A DNA stretch of 60,537 bases, taken from NCBI GenBank assembly GCA_021780115.1, contig JAJXZI010000022.1:1-60537 (forward strand), in the 5' to 3' direction. Shown here in pieces: positions 29,285-39,501 of this stretch. The translations under genes were made by a program, and so were the position numbers. The notes beneath the pieces are model-generated. The model was given only the letters and a program-made list of their open reading frames with translations, was not told the origin of the DNA and did no database searches. Position 1 is the first letter of the stretch. Every line of letters begins with the position of its first letter. This DNA comes from a bacterium. Its GTDB lineage: Bacteria > Verrucomicrobiota > Verrucomicrobiia > Limisphaerales > JAJXZI01.

Positions 29285-30280
29285 TTACGGTTTCTTCTTC
29301 GGCTCTTCCGGCGGCTGGATTTGGCGGTAGCCGGGGGTGACTTTCACTATGTTCGGGGTCACGTCTGCCTCCAGGTTGCCGGCGGCCCAGCCGAGGCCGC
29401 CCAGCAGGAGGCGTTGGAACAGCGGGTTGGTCCACACGTCCTCGCGATGCCCCATCGCGGTGTAGAACACGCGGCCCCGGCCGTTGCGCCGCGCCCAGGT
29501 GTCCGGATACGGCGCGCGCTGGTAATCCACCCCCTTCATGCCCTGCGTATCTTGCGCCAGGATGACGTGCAGGTCCGGGCGAAAATCCTTGAAGGTGTAC
29601 CATTCCTCGAACAACGCGAAGCTGTCCTGCAACGGCGCGCAGCCGGGGAACTGTGGGTCCGTGACGATGATGCGCGCCCGCTGCTGCGCGCCGTGCTTGA
29701 TGAATTCGGCGCCCAGCATCCCGAGGTACGGATCGATATCATCGCCGTAGGCCACGTAGCGCGCCGAGCGATCCGGGGGGTCGGGTTGGTGATGGAAACT
29801 GTCACTGGCGGCGTGGATGCCGACGAAACCTTTGCCGCCTTGGATCGCGTTCAGCAACGCCGTCTTGCCCGCGAGGGTCATCGGCGGCGTCTTGTCCGTG
29901 CCGGCCTCGGTCAGGAGGCCGCTGGTGTAAAACACGATCACGTCGTACTGCACCAGGTTCTCCGGCGTAAAGACGGTCCCGTCCTTGGTGCAGGTCACCC
30001 CGAAGCCGTGCTCCTTGCCGAGGTCGGTGAGAATCTGTTCCGAGAAGCTCAATCCCCCGCCGGCGGGGCGCTTGACCACGCTGTGTTCGTAACCGGAAGA
30101 CTTGGTGAAATAGAGGACGTGTTTGCCCTTTGCCTGCGCGGAATCCCATCCACCCGGCGTGCCGGACGGTGCATCGGCCGCCCGCAATGGATGGGCGAGG
30201 AGGAGGATTCCCAAACTGCGGGCCAGGAGCGTTCGCGAATGGAAAGAGATCATGTTCATTTGGCCGGACAAATTCGTCAT
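29285..30280 (-). CDS. ThuA domain protein (class I glutamine amidotransferase-like), secreted
   Basis: VLYFTKSSGYEHS, GFVGIHAASD, EEWY, GRVFYTAMGH; start codon uncertain. Confidence 0.88.
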   Translation of the reverse strand: MTNLSGQMNMISFHSRTLLARSLGILLLAHPLRAADAPSGTPGGWDSAQAKGKHVLYFTKSSGYEHSVVKRPAGGGLSFSEQILTDLGKEHGFGVTCTKDGTVFTPENLVQYDVIVFYTSGLLTEAGTDKTPPMTLAGKTALLNAIQGGKGFVGIHAASDSFHHQPDPPDRSARYVAYGDDIDPYLGMLGAEFIKHGAQQRARIIVTDPQFPGCAPLQDSFALFEEWYTFKDFRPDLHVILAQDTQGMKGVDYQRAPYPDTWARRNGRGRVFYTAMGHREDVWTNPLFQRLLLGGLGWAAGNLEADVTPNIVKVTPGYRQIQPPEEPKKKP

Positions 30281-30747
30281 GGTTTAAGGAAACTCGCCCG
30301 GGTTGTCCATCTCTTTCGCCGCTCACGCAATTCCTGCCACGGCCAATTTGGCCATCCGGCCTGCTGCCTGGTTGGGCTGAATGTCAGAACCGACGATGCG
30401 GCCCGCTGCCTCCATCTTTGCTTGCGGCACCCCCGCTTCGACAGCCATGCCAAGCGCGTGGGCCTCGTCGTCCGCGTGCCTCCCGGGGGGCATTCGCTTC
30501 TGGCAGATCAACCGCGTCGCCCTCCGGAGCGCGGCTTGGCTCGAAGATTGGGGGGAGGAAGTGTCCCCCATGTCCTTGTACAGCTTCCCCGGCATGATTG
30601 ACCGGCTGGGGCCATCCTCCGTCTCCGCTCGCGCGACGAGCGGAGGGCGATTTCTCGACCGGAGCCGTCACCCGGCCCCGCATCCTCAGGGCCGACGACT
30701 GGCGTCTCGCCCGATACGACCCGCGCCCCGAATCCCCAACAACCAAA

Positions 30748-30937
30748 GCTCCGCAGGAGCGTCGCCCTGCCGAAGGCGGTGGAGCGCCGACTGGGAGTCG
30801 GCTTGGCGCGGTGGGCGGTCGCCATGGGTGTTGGCCGCAGACCGCCGTTGGAAAACCACGGGGCGCAAAAACCGCTTGGAAACCGGCGCTCCACGGCTGG
30901 AGCGCGGACGTTCGGACGTGGACATGCCCTGTCCGCC
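30748..30937. repeat. cluster of GGAG-tagged REP-like palindromes
   Basis: GTGGAGC-GCCGACT-GGG-AGTCGGC (30779-30802), inverted partner ending CGGCGCTCCAC (30884-30894), further GGAGCGCGGAC..TGTCCGC. Confidence 0.65.
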
Positions 30938-31050
30938 CGGTCGTCACGCGCGAACCTGGGCCGCGGGTGAGTTGAGTTTGGACCAGTACAACTTAAAGAG
31001 AAGCGTGTGTCGCAGGTACGCCCGCAAATCGGTCTCCTTGGCCAAGTCCG

Positions 31051-31842
31051 CTACGAGGATGGTCGCGCTGGTGACACGATTGCCGCTTGGCGACGATTGA
31101 AATCCACGCAGTCCGCATACCGCACACCCGTCCCGCCGAAGAGATCCAGCGCCGAGCCGATCGTCAGGTCGATCTTTCCTTGACCGAGTTGCGTGACTTC
31201 CTCCAGGTCCGCCAGCGACCGGGCGCCCCCGGCGTAGGTTGTCGGTATCGATGACCACTGGCCCAGCTTCTCCACCAGTTCGCGATCAATACCGTGACAG
31301 AGTCCTTCCACGTCCACGGCGTGAATCAGGAACTCCGCGCAGAAGGCCGCGAACTCCGTCAGCGTCTCGCGGCGGAGCGCCAGCCCGGTGAACTTCTGCC
31401 AGCGGTCGGTAACGACGAAATAATCCGCGCCGCGCTTGCGGCAGCTCAGGTCGAGGATCAATCGCTCCTTGCCGATGGCCGTGACGAGCTGCCTCAGGCG
31501 CTCCCAATCCACGCGGCCCTCGCGGAAGACCCACGACGTGACGATCACGTGCGAGGCGCCCGCTTCCAGCCAGGTCGGGGCGTTGGCCAGGTTGACGCCG
31601 CCGCCCAGTTGCAGCCCGCCGGGATACGCGGCCAGGGCGGAGCGCGCCTGGGCTTCGTTGCCGGGGCCGAGCAGGATGACGTGTCCGCCTTTCAGGCCGT
31701 CGCGTCGGTAGAGTCCGGCATACCACGCGGCCGGCCGGTCCGAGACAAAGTTCGTGCGCAACCGTCCCGGCTCGCTCTCCAGCGTGCCGCCGATGATCTG
31801 CTTCACCCGGCCTTCATGCAGGTCAATGCACGGACGAAACAT
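31051..31842 (-). CDS. hisA: ProFAR isomerase, eukaryotic His6-like type
   Basis: MFRPCIDLHEGRVKQIIGG, GGHVILLG, LDLSCR, FLIHAVDVEG, DLTIGSALDLFGG. Confidence 0.93.
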   Translation of the reverse strand: MFRPCIDLHEGRVKQIIGGTLESEPGRLRTNFVSDRPAAWYAGLYRRDGLKGGHVILLGPGNEAQARSALAAYPGGLQLGGGVNLANAPTWLEAGASHVIVTSWVFREGRVDWERLRQLVTAIGKERLILDLSCRKRGADYFVVTDRWQKFTGLALRRETLTEFAAFCAEFLIHAVDVEGLCHGIDRELVEKLGQWSSIPTTYAGGARSLADLEEVTQLGQGKIDLTIGSALDLFGGTGVRYADCVDFNRRQAAIVSPARPSS

Positions 31843-32042
31843 GCCGGCAGGCTACCAGCCGAGGGAGGCGACTTCCAATGGCAAAGCGCGGGAGGAAGTG
31901 CGGAAACAAGGAACGCGCAGAAAGGCTCGGATTCAGAACAGGTCCGACGGTCAAATTGTCCCGATCCGCGGCCGGCTCCAAGGGAAGCATGGGCGGACAA
32001 CTTAGTCCGGGCCTCCTGTCTCCGTTTTCGGCGGGTTTCCCC

Positions 32043-32915
32043 TCACCGTGCCAAGGCCACAAGGTAACGCTGCAGCCGGGTGATTTCCTCGGTCGCCTTC
32101 AAATGGTAGTAAACGCGGTGGAGGTTGCCGCACAGGCGCATGAGGATGCGGCGGGGGCTCAAGGGCGTCAGATACTCGTCGCGCAAATCGTAGTGGCCGC
32201 TCAACAAATAATGGACGCAGTCCGCCTTGCTCATGAGCCGGCCCTGATGGAAGCAGTCGATGTACAGCTCGTCGGAACTGGTCTGGAAGCGGCAGATGAA
32301 ATGCCCCGGTAGGCCGATGCCGGTCACCGGCAGGTGCAGCCGTCGCGCCATCAGGAGGTAAACCAGACAGAGGCTGATCGGGATGCCCACCCGGCGGTCC
32401 ACGACTTTGGTCAGGTAGCTGTTGTCGGGGTCGTAATACTCCTCCTGATTTCCGGCGAAGCGCAGTTCCTCGAAGAGGTAATGGTTGAGGGTGTTGAGGA
32501 TCGCCCGCGAACCGCGCGCATAAACGATGCGCTCGCGCAACTCGGCGGCGAAGTCGTCGAGCAGCGCCTGGTAGGCCTCCGCGTTGGCGTCGGGATAGCG
32601 TGTCTGGGCCAGTAGCCAGGCGCCCTGTTCGAGATCCAGATCCTCACCTTGCTTGAGGCAGAACGCCAGGAAACGGTTGTCCGCCGTTTGCCGGCCGAAA
32701 TGGCGGGCGATATCCTGGGCGCGCCGACGCAAGATCGGATCGTCGCAGAGCAGGTAAGGCTGGAGCCAATCACGCGCGATCGGTCCGCAGGACAAGAGCC
32801 TGTCTCGGACAGCCCGATAGATCGCCGGATCGTCATCCGCGAGGAGACTGATCAGGGCGGCCCGTTGGCTCTCGGAGAGCGTCTCGGGCAGCAATGCCAC
32901 GGCGGTCGTGTCCAT
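32043..32915 (-). CDS. SirB1 family / transglutaminase-like protein
   Basis: FAGNQEEYYDPDNSYL, GIPISL, GIGLPGHF, ILMRLCGNL. Confidence 0.88.
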   Translation of the reverse strand: MDTTAVALLPETLSESQRAALISLLADDDPAIYRAVRDRLLSCGPIARDWLQPYLLCDDPILRRRAQDIARHFGRQTADNRFLAFCLKQGEDLDLEQGAWLLAQTRYPDANAEAYQALLDDFAAELRERIVYARGSRAILNTLNHYLFEELRFAGNQEEYYDPDNSYLTKVVDRRVGIPISLCLVYLLMARRLHLPVTGIGLPGHFICRFQTSSDELYIDCFHQGRLMSKADCVHYLLSGHYDLRDEYLTPLSPRRILMRLCGNLHRVYYHLKATEEITRLQRYLVALAR

Positions 32916-33026
32916 AGTGCCTCGACGTCCCCAGTCAAACAGAAACCGGGCCCGAATTCAATCCCCAATCTCGCCTGCGCTCGGCGCTGCGTCGGCCGGG
33001 AAGTCGGCTCGGAGATTCCAGAGGAC

Positions 33027-34259
33027 TCACCGCAGGAACAGTTCCGCGGCGGCGTCGGCGAAGCGCAGGCCTTGCCGGGTCAGTCGGAACCGGTCTGGCG
33101 CCCAATGTCCCCAGCCCTTCTCGACGAGGCGCTCCATTTCCCCCCGCCAGTGCGCCCGGAGGTCGAAGCGGGTGGCGCGCTGGAATTCCTCGAACGGCCA
33201 ACCCGCCACCAGCCGCAGGCCGAAGGCGGCGGTTTCGCCCGCACGGCTCAGGGGGGCGAGTGCTTCGCGGGACTCGACGGGGCGGCTGCCGCACGCCAAT
33301 TGTTCGCAGTAAAGCCCGGTGTTGGACCAGTTCTTGGTCCGCACCCCGCGAACGTAGCTCGTGGCGCTGGGACCGAGGCCGTAAAACGCGCCGCCGCGCC
33401 AATAATTGACATTGTGCTGGCAGGCGAGCGCAGGAATGGCCGCTGGCTGGGCAGAAGGATTGGAGCGGGGGCCGCCGGGCGTGACTTCCTCCGCCTCTGC
33501 CGGCGCTTCCGTTCCCCGCCGCGTGGGGCGCGCGAAGTTGGCGACTTCGTATTGCTGAAAGCCAGCGGCGGCGGCGCGTTCCACCAATTCCTCGTACATG
33601 GCACACGCCAGATCCTCGTCCACGTCGAACTGGCCGGCCCGCAGTTGCTCGAACAGCGGCGTGTCTTCCTCGTAAATCACCTCGTAACAGGACAAGTGCT
33701 CGCTGCCCAGGGCCAGCGCCTCGCCAAGCGTCTCCCGCCAGCGAGCCATCGTCTGGCCGGGAATCCCGAACATGAGATCCACGTTCAAGTTGGCGAAGCC
33801 AGCCTGGCGCAGCAGGTCAAATGACTTGAAAACCTGCTCCCGCGTGTGGACGCGGCCCAATCGGTCGAGCAGTGCCCCATCGAGCGACTGCACGCCGAGC
33901 GAGACGCGGTTGACGCCGTGCGCGCGCAGCAACCGCGCCTTTTCCGCGGAGACGGTGGCCGGGTTGCACTCGACGGTCCACTCCCCGGCGCCGAGCAGGT
34001 CGAGCCGCTGCACGGCTAAGAGAATCTGCTCCCACTGCTGGAGGGTCAGCAGCGAGGGCGTGCCGCCCCCGAAAAAGACCGTCCGCGGCTGGAGGTCAGC
34101 GGCAACGAGTTCCAGTTCGCGCACCAGGGCCACGACGTAGTCGGCGACTACTTCCCCTCTGGCCGCTTCCGAATAGAAGGCACAGTACTCGCACTTGCGG
34201 GCGCAAAACGGCACATGCACGTAAAGGCTGGCAACGCGCGGATGGTCGGTGTCAGGCAT
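33027..34259 (-). CDS. hemW: radical SAM heme chaperone HemW (HemN-like)
   Basis: LYVHVPFCARKCEYCAF, FGGGTPS, RVSLGVQS, YEVANF, HNVNYW. Confidence 0.93.
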   Translation of the reverse strand: MPDTDHPRVASLYVHVPFCARKCEYCAFYSEAARGEVVADYVVALVRELELVAADLQPRTVFFGGGTPSLLTLQQWEQILLAVQRLDLLGAGEWTVECNPATVSAEKARLLRAHGVNRVSLGVQSLDGALLDRLGRVHTREQVFKSFDLLRQAGFANLNVDLMFGIPGQTMARWRETLGEALALGSEHLSCYEVIYEEDTPLFEQLRAGQFDVDEDLACAMYEELVERAAAAGFQQYEVANFARPTRRGTEAPAEAEEVTPGGPRSNPSAQPAAIPALACQHNVNYWRGGAFYGLGPSATSYVRGVRTKNWSNTGLYCEQLACGSRPVESREALAPLSRAGETAAFGLRLVAGWPFEEFQRATRFDLRAHWRGEMERLVEKGWGHWAPDRFRLTRQGLRFADAAAELFLR

Positions 34260-34437
34260 CGATGGCGTTCAACAAGCCTTGATTTTAGCAGACCGCCCCG
34301 GAGCCGCAACCCATGAGGAGCAAAGGGGCCGCGATTCCCAGATGGGCCAGCCTGGAAGTCATTCCCCCGCACCCGGTGCACAGCCCGGCGGGGTCTCCCC
34401 CGGATGGGGGGACTTTTGGGGTGGACGTTACTGTGTC

Positions 34438-34650
34438 TTAGCTCGGCTGGGCGCGCTGGACGTTCTCAGCCTTCAGACCTTTGCTGGTCGAAACAACCTC
34501 GAACGTCACCGGGTCGCCTTCGTCCAGGGTCTTGAAGCCTGTTCCCAGGATGCTGGTGTGATGCACAAACACTTCCTCTTCGCCTTCTTGCTGGACGATG
34601 AAGCCGAAGCCCTTTTTGTTGTCGAACCATTTCACTTTGCCACTGGCCAT
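34438..34650 (-). CDS. cold-shock protein
   Basis: MASGKVKWFDNKKGFGFI..VFVHHT; GAGGAG RBS. Confidence 0.95.
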   Translation of the reverse strand: MASGKVKWFDNKKGFGFIVQQEGEEEVFVHHTSILGTGFKTLDEGDPVTFEVVSTSKGLKAENVQRAQPS

Positions 34651-35329
34651 AACTTTCTCCTCAGTTGGCTGAGCCTCCCGTCCTTCGGTGCGCAAATGGA
34701 TGGGAGCCACCAGACCCACACGCGTCATTCACTCCTTCCGGAGGACAGCAACAACTCAGTCTGGGCGGGACTTTATGAACTTATTTTCAAAAGGTCAAGA
34801 AGTAGTTTTCTCCCGCGCGATCGCTTGGTGGTGTCCGGGGTGCAGATGGGGAAGCGATGCCTGCTCACGAGTGCCGCAACGATGGTGGCTGCCGGTGGTT
34901 CCGGCGGGCAGCGGGCGGGCGACTGTCTGGTCTTCACGGACTTTTCCCAGAACGCAACGTCCGCCATCATTCCACCTAGGGCAGGCACGATTGAGCACGA
35001 TACCGGTCTTGCCCGCGCAAAGACTGCTCACCGTCGGGGCCGCGCACGCGCAAAACTTGCGCGCTCGCCTGCCCTTGGCCGCGAACGAGCACGCCAAAGA
35101 ATTCCCAGGCCGTGGAGGCCTTCCACGACGGTTCCCCCAGGTTCACACGCCACTGGTTGCAAACAGCCCTGTTCGCGGGCCGGTCCTCCACTGCCTTCGT
35201 CCGCAGCCGAAACTTCGGATTGGGAATCGACACTCAGTGGAACACCGCCTGCTCTGATTTCGCGGAACCGATGAACGACGGCTTCGCCACCACCCGTCCG
35301 AGTCTCAGCGCCGCCGTGGGCGACGTGCG

Positions 35330-36718
35330 ATGAGCGCCCGCCATTCCCGAACGAAGGCACCTCGCCTCTTGCCTCGCTGGGCTTTATCCGCCTTGGTCGC
35401 CGGGACGGTCCTCTTGCATATCAGCAGTGCTCCCGCTCAGACCCCGGCGGATCAGAACTGGCCCCAATGGCGCGGACCGTGGAACAGCGGCGTCGCCCCG
35501 ACGGCGAATCCGCCGGTTGTCTGGAGCGAGACAAACCACATCAAATGGAAGGGGAAGATTCCGGGCAGCGGGCTGGCGACCCCCGTCGTGTGGGGCGATC
35601 GTCTCTTCATCCAGACCGCCATTCCCACGGGCAAGAAGGTCAACGTCCCCGCGCCAAGTTCGGGGCCGCCGGCGCGGGGCGGCGGACGCGGCATGATGGG
35701 CGGCGAACAACCGAACGAGCTGGAGCAGTTCGTGATCCTCTGCTTCGAACGCCAGACGGGCCGCGAACTGTGGCGACGGATCGCGCGGGAGGAGGTGCCG
35801 CATGAGGGATTTCGCGCTGGTGAAGGCAGCTTTGTTTCGTCTTCGCCGGTGACGGATGGCGAGCACGTTTTCGCCATTTTCGGTTCGCACGGGCTTTATT
35901 GCTACGACATGGAAGGCCGTCTCCAGTGGAGCCATGATTTGGGTCGGATGCACATCGTGATGGGCTTCGGTGAGGGCAGTTCGCCGGCGCTCCACCAGGA
36001 CACCCTCGTCGTCAACTGGGACCACGAAGGCGACTCGTTCATCATCGCATTGGACAAGCACACCGGCAAGACACTCTGGAAGAATCCTCGGCCGGAGCGA
36101 ACCTCCTGGTCCACGCCCCTCGTGGTCGAGCACGCGGGCAAACCCCAGGTCGTCGTCAGCGGCACAGGCAAGATTCGCAGCTACGATCTGGCCAGCGGGC
36201 AACTCGTCTGGGAGTGCGGTGGGCTGACGCGCAACGTGATCCCCTCCCCCGTCACGGCGGAGGACGTGGTGTATTGCTTGAGCGGCTTCCAAGGCAACGC
36301 GCTCCAGGCGATTCGTCTGGGGCGCGCGGGCGACCTCACGGGCACGGACGCCGTCGTATGGAGCCAACACAAGAACACGCCGTACGTGCCCTCGCCGCTG
36401 CTTTATGGGCACAGGCTCTACTTCTTCGCCAACAATAACGGCATCCTCTCCTGCCTCGACGCGCGTTCCGGCCGGCCGTTGCTGGATGCCGAACGCCTCG
36501 AGGCCCTGCCGGGAGTTTACGCCTCGCCGGTCGGGGCCGGCGGGCGGGTCTATCTGGCCGGACGCAACGGCGTGACCCTCGTCCTTAAGGCATCCGACAG
36601 GCTGGAGGTGCTGGCCACCAATCGGCTGGACGAGAAATTCGACGCTTCCCCGGCGGCCGTCGGCAAGGAACTGTTCCTGCGCGGCCACGAATCCCTTTAC
36701 TGCATCGCCGAGCCATGA
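35330..36718 (+). CDS. PQQ-binding-like beta-propeller repeat protein, secreted
   Basis: NWPQWRGP, SSPV, WSTP, YVPSP and YASP blade motifs. Confidence 0.9.
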   Translation: MSARHSRTKAPRLLPRWALSALVAGTVLLHISSAPAQTPADQNWPQWRGPWNSGVAPTANPPVVWSETNHIKWKGKIPGSGLATPVVWGDRLFIQTAIPTGKKVNVPAPSSGPPARGGGRGMMGGEQPNELEQFVILCFERQTGRELWRRIAREEVPHEGFRAGEGSFVSSSPVTDGEHVFAIFGSHGLYCYDMEGRLQWSHDLGRMHIVMGFGEGSSPALHQDTLVVNWDHEGDSFIIALDKHTGKTLWKNPRPERTSWSTPLVVEHAGKPQVVVSGTGKIRSYDLASGQLVWECGGLTRNVIPSPVTAEDVVYCLSGFQGNALQAIRLGRAGDLTGTDAVVWSQHKNTPYVPSPLLYGHRLYFFANNNGILSCLDARSGRPLLDAERLEALPGVYASPVGAGGRVYLAGRNGVTLVLKASDRLEVLATNRLDEKFDASPAAVGKELFLRGHESLYCIAEP

Positions 36719-36809
36719 ACCTTCCGAGCGCGATGCCCCGACCCTTTGCCGCCAGCTCGGTACCGGCGGCAATGAGCAGAAACCACACAAACATCAACCA
36801 AGAGTCTCC

Positions 36810-37517
36810 ATGAAACGAAACGTCCTATTCGGCACCCTGGCCTTGCTGGCGGGATCGCTCCTCGCAGCCGATTCCAGCCCCAAGGATGACATCACCCACG
36901 CCGCCCGCAAACTGGCGGACGCCGACAACTACGCCTGGAAATCCACCGTCGAGAACGCCGGCGGCGGCGGGCGCTTCGGCGGCCCCACGGAAGGCAAGAC
37001 CGAAAAAGGCGGCGTCACCTCGCTGGTCATGACGCGGGGTGACAACACCATCGAGGCGTATCTGAAAGGCGACCAAGGCGCCCTCAAAACACAAGACGGT
37101 TGGCAGTCGCTGGCGGACGCGGGCAACGAACAGCAAGGCCCCGCCCGCTTCCTGGCGCGCATGTTGCGGAACTACAAGACCCCGGCCGCGCAGGCCGAGG
37201 ACCTCGCCACCAAGGCGAAGGAGCTCAAACAGGACGGTGATGTCTATGCCAGCGAGCTGACGGAAGCGGGCGCGAAGTCGCTGCTCACCTTCGGCGGTCG
37301 GGGCGGCGGCAACGGCCCCGAAGTCAGCAACGCCAAAGGCTCGGTAAAGTTCTGGGTCAAAGACGGCGTGCTCTCCAAGTACGAATTCCGAGTGCAGGGC
37401 ACCGTCAGCTTCAACGGCAACGACCGGGACGTGGACCGCACGACGACCGTCCAGATCAAGGAAGTTGGCTCGACGAAGGTGGACGTACCGGACGAGGCCA
37501 AGAAGAAGATGTCGTAA
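36810..37517 (+). CDS. secreted hypothetical protein (beta-rich)
   Basis: Signal peptide MKRNVLFGTLALLAGSLLA; strongly biased codon use. Confidence 0.8.
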   Translation: MKRNVLFGTLALLAGSLLAADSSPKDDITHAARKLADADNYAWKSTVENAGGGGRFGGPTEGKTEKGGVTSLVMTRGDNTIEAYLKGDQGALKTQDGWQSLADAGNEQQGPARFLARMLRNYKTPAAQAEDLATKAKELKQDGDVYASELTEAGAKSLLTFGGRGGGNGPEVSNAKGSVKFWVKDGVLSKYEFRVQGTVSFNGNDRDVDRTTTVQIKEVGSTKVDVPDEAKKKMS

Positions 37518-37789
37518 GACGGTCCTTTCTCCCAAAGGACCACGTCCGGAGTCACGCCTGCCCGGCAATAGCCGAACAGCGGCTCCGGATTCACTGTTGT
37601 TTCAATCCGCGCCCCGGTCTGAGGACCGGGGCGACTGCGGCCTCACCATTCGGTTGCGCCGCAAGGGTTTTGTAGCCCATTTTCGCCCACCTGCCAACAC
37701 TTCGGAGACTGGTCACTGGCCGGCACAGACCCGAACACCGTGGAATTCACCTTCAGCCTTGGAAGCTGGTGCGCGAAGCCCGGTTCGTT

Positions 37790-38195
37790 TGCGGCGCCGC
37801 TCCAAGTCAGCAAGGGCGTTCCCAGTCAGATGGCCACTCTTCCAGCCCGACTATCAGCCTGCCCACCGAAGGTCAGCACCGGGTTTTGATTGGCCTCAAA
37901 GGCCGATCAACCCATTCGCTACCTGCCTGCCAGGGTGCGGTAGTGACCATTGACGGCACACCGCCAGGCTTGACCATTACTTCACCGGGCAGTGACCCGC
38001 TGACCCGCTTGCGGATCGATGTCTGCGGAACCGCCCGCGAATATCTACAAATCTTGACCTACGATCTGCAAGACAGCGCGGGCACGGTTACGGGCCAACC
38101 CGGCCATATCTCCGACGTGACCGCGCAAGGCTATCAATTCAAGTGCAATGCCGTGCTCCGCGCGGGTGGCGCCAACCAACTGACCCTGCGGGCGA
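37790..38195 (+). pseudogene. remnant of an Ig-like domain surface protein
   Basis: IDGTPPGLTITSP...LTYDL...GANQLTLRA resembles bacterial Ig-like repeats; no signal peptide or credible start. Confidence 0.45.
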
Positions 38196-38362
38196 GGAAG
38201 TCGAGTTGGCACAGCAGGACCAGAGGGCGCCAAAGTCGTGCTGGCCACACGGGTTCCGAAATCAACCGGGCATCCGCGGCCGGAAGCGGCCGGACGATCA
38301 CTTCGCGGGCGCGTTTTTTCTTGGCCGCCTTGCCGTTCAGAGGCTTTACTCCCCGTTCGCAA

Positions 38363-39430
38363 ATGAAACCGAAAGCCTACGCCGCCGCCGGCGTTGACAT
38401 CGATCTGGGCAACCGGGTGAAGTCCACCTTGCCGCAATTGCTCGCCACCACGCATCGGCGCGGGGTGCTCGGCAAAGTCGGCGGGTTCGGCGGGCTGTTC
38501 GCCCTCGACACGCGCCAGTACCGCCAGCCGGTCCTAGTGTCGAGCGTCGATGGCGTCGGCACCAAGCTCAAGCTCGCCTTCGCGCTGGACCGCCACGACA
38601 CCATCGGCCAGGATCTCGTCAACCACTGCGTCAACGACATCGCGGTGCTGGGCGCCGAGCCGCTGTTCTTCCTGGACTACCTGGGCACCGGCCGGTTGGA
38701 GCCGCGCGTCTTCACCGAGATCATCCGGGGCTTCGCCCAGGCCTGCGCGGAAAACCACTGCGCGTTGATCGGCGGGGAGACGGCGCAGATGCCCGGTTTC
38801 TACGCGCCCGGCGAGTATGACGTGAGCGGCACGATCGTCGGCGTGGTCGAGAAAGACCGGCTCCTGGACGGCGCGCGCACGGTGAAGCCCGGCGACGCGG
38901 TCCTCGGCTTGGCGTCGAGCGGCCTCCACACCAACGGTTACTCGCTGGCCCGGAAAATCTTCTTTGAGCAGATGAAGCTCAAGCCGACGAGCCGCGTGGC
39001 CGAACTTGGGAACACCATCGGAGACGAACTCCTCAAGGTCCATCGCAGCTACGGCCCGCTGGTGCAGGCACTGCTTGGAAGTTTCAGCAAATCGCCCATC
39101 GCCCATCGCCCATCGCCCATTGTCAAAGCCCTCGCCCACATCACCGGCGGTGGATTCCTCGACAATCTGCCGCGCGTGCTGCCGAGGCACTGCGACGTGG
39201 TCATCCGCAAGAGCAGTTGGGAGGTGCCGCCCATCTTCCGGCTCCTTGCGGAAAATGGCGGCGTGGCCGAGCGGGAGCTGTACCAGGTCTTCAACATGGG
39301 AATTGGCATGACGCTGATCGTCGCGGCCGACCGGGCGGACGCCGTGCTGCGATACATCCGCCGGCGCCGCCAGCCCGCCTGGCTGATCGGCACGGTGGTC
39401 AAGGGGGCGGGGCAGGTCCGCCTGGAATAG
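38363..39430 (+). CDS. purM: phosphoribosylformylglycinamidine cyclo-ligase
   Basis: YAAAGVDI, DGVGTK, LIGGETAQMPG, SSGLHTNGYSL, HITGGG, VFNMGIG. Confidence 0.98.
   Translation: MKPKAYAAAGVDIDLGNRVKSTLPQLLATTHRRGVLGKVGGFGGLFALDTRQYRQPVLVSSVDGVGTKLKLAFALDRHDTIGQDLVNHCVNDIAVLGAEPLFFLDYLGTGRLEPRVFTEIIRGFAQACAENHCALIGGETAQMPGFYAPGEYDVSGTIVGVVEKDRLLDGARTVKPGDAVLGLASSGLHTNGYSLARKIFFEQMKLKPTSRVAELGNTIGDELLKVHRSYGPLVQALLGSFSKSPIAHRPSPIVKALAHITGGGFLDNLPRVLPRHCDVVIRKSSWEVPPIFRLLAENGGVAERELYQVFNMGIGMTLIVAADRADAVLRYIRRRRQPAWLIGTVVKGAGQVRLE
39091..39118 (+). repeat. perfect heptamer repeat (ATCGCCC)x4 within purM
   Basis: Directly visible; encodes SPIAHRPSP. Confidence 0.9.
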
Positions 39431-39501
39431 GCGATCCGCCGCCGATGCCAGCCACGGGCCGGCATTGGACAAGTCCGTCGTCCGACTTCATTTTGATTCC
39501 A

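Noticed and set aside
30323-30595. Small ORFs between the ThuA gene and the REP cluster
   Set aside because: No recognisable motif, RBS or codon bias
34760-35320. Small Cys-containing ORFs upstream of csp
   Set aside because: Several overlapping frames and none with convincing coding signals
37769-39430. 553-aa PurM fusion
   Set aside because: PurM homology starts at ATG 38363; the upstream part looks degenerate and lacks a good start
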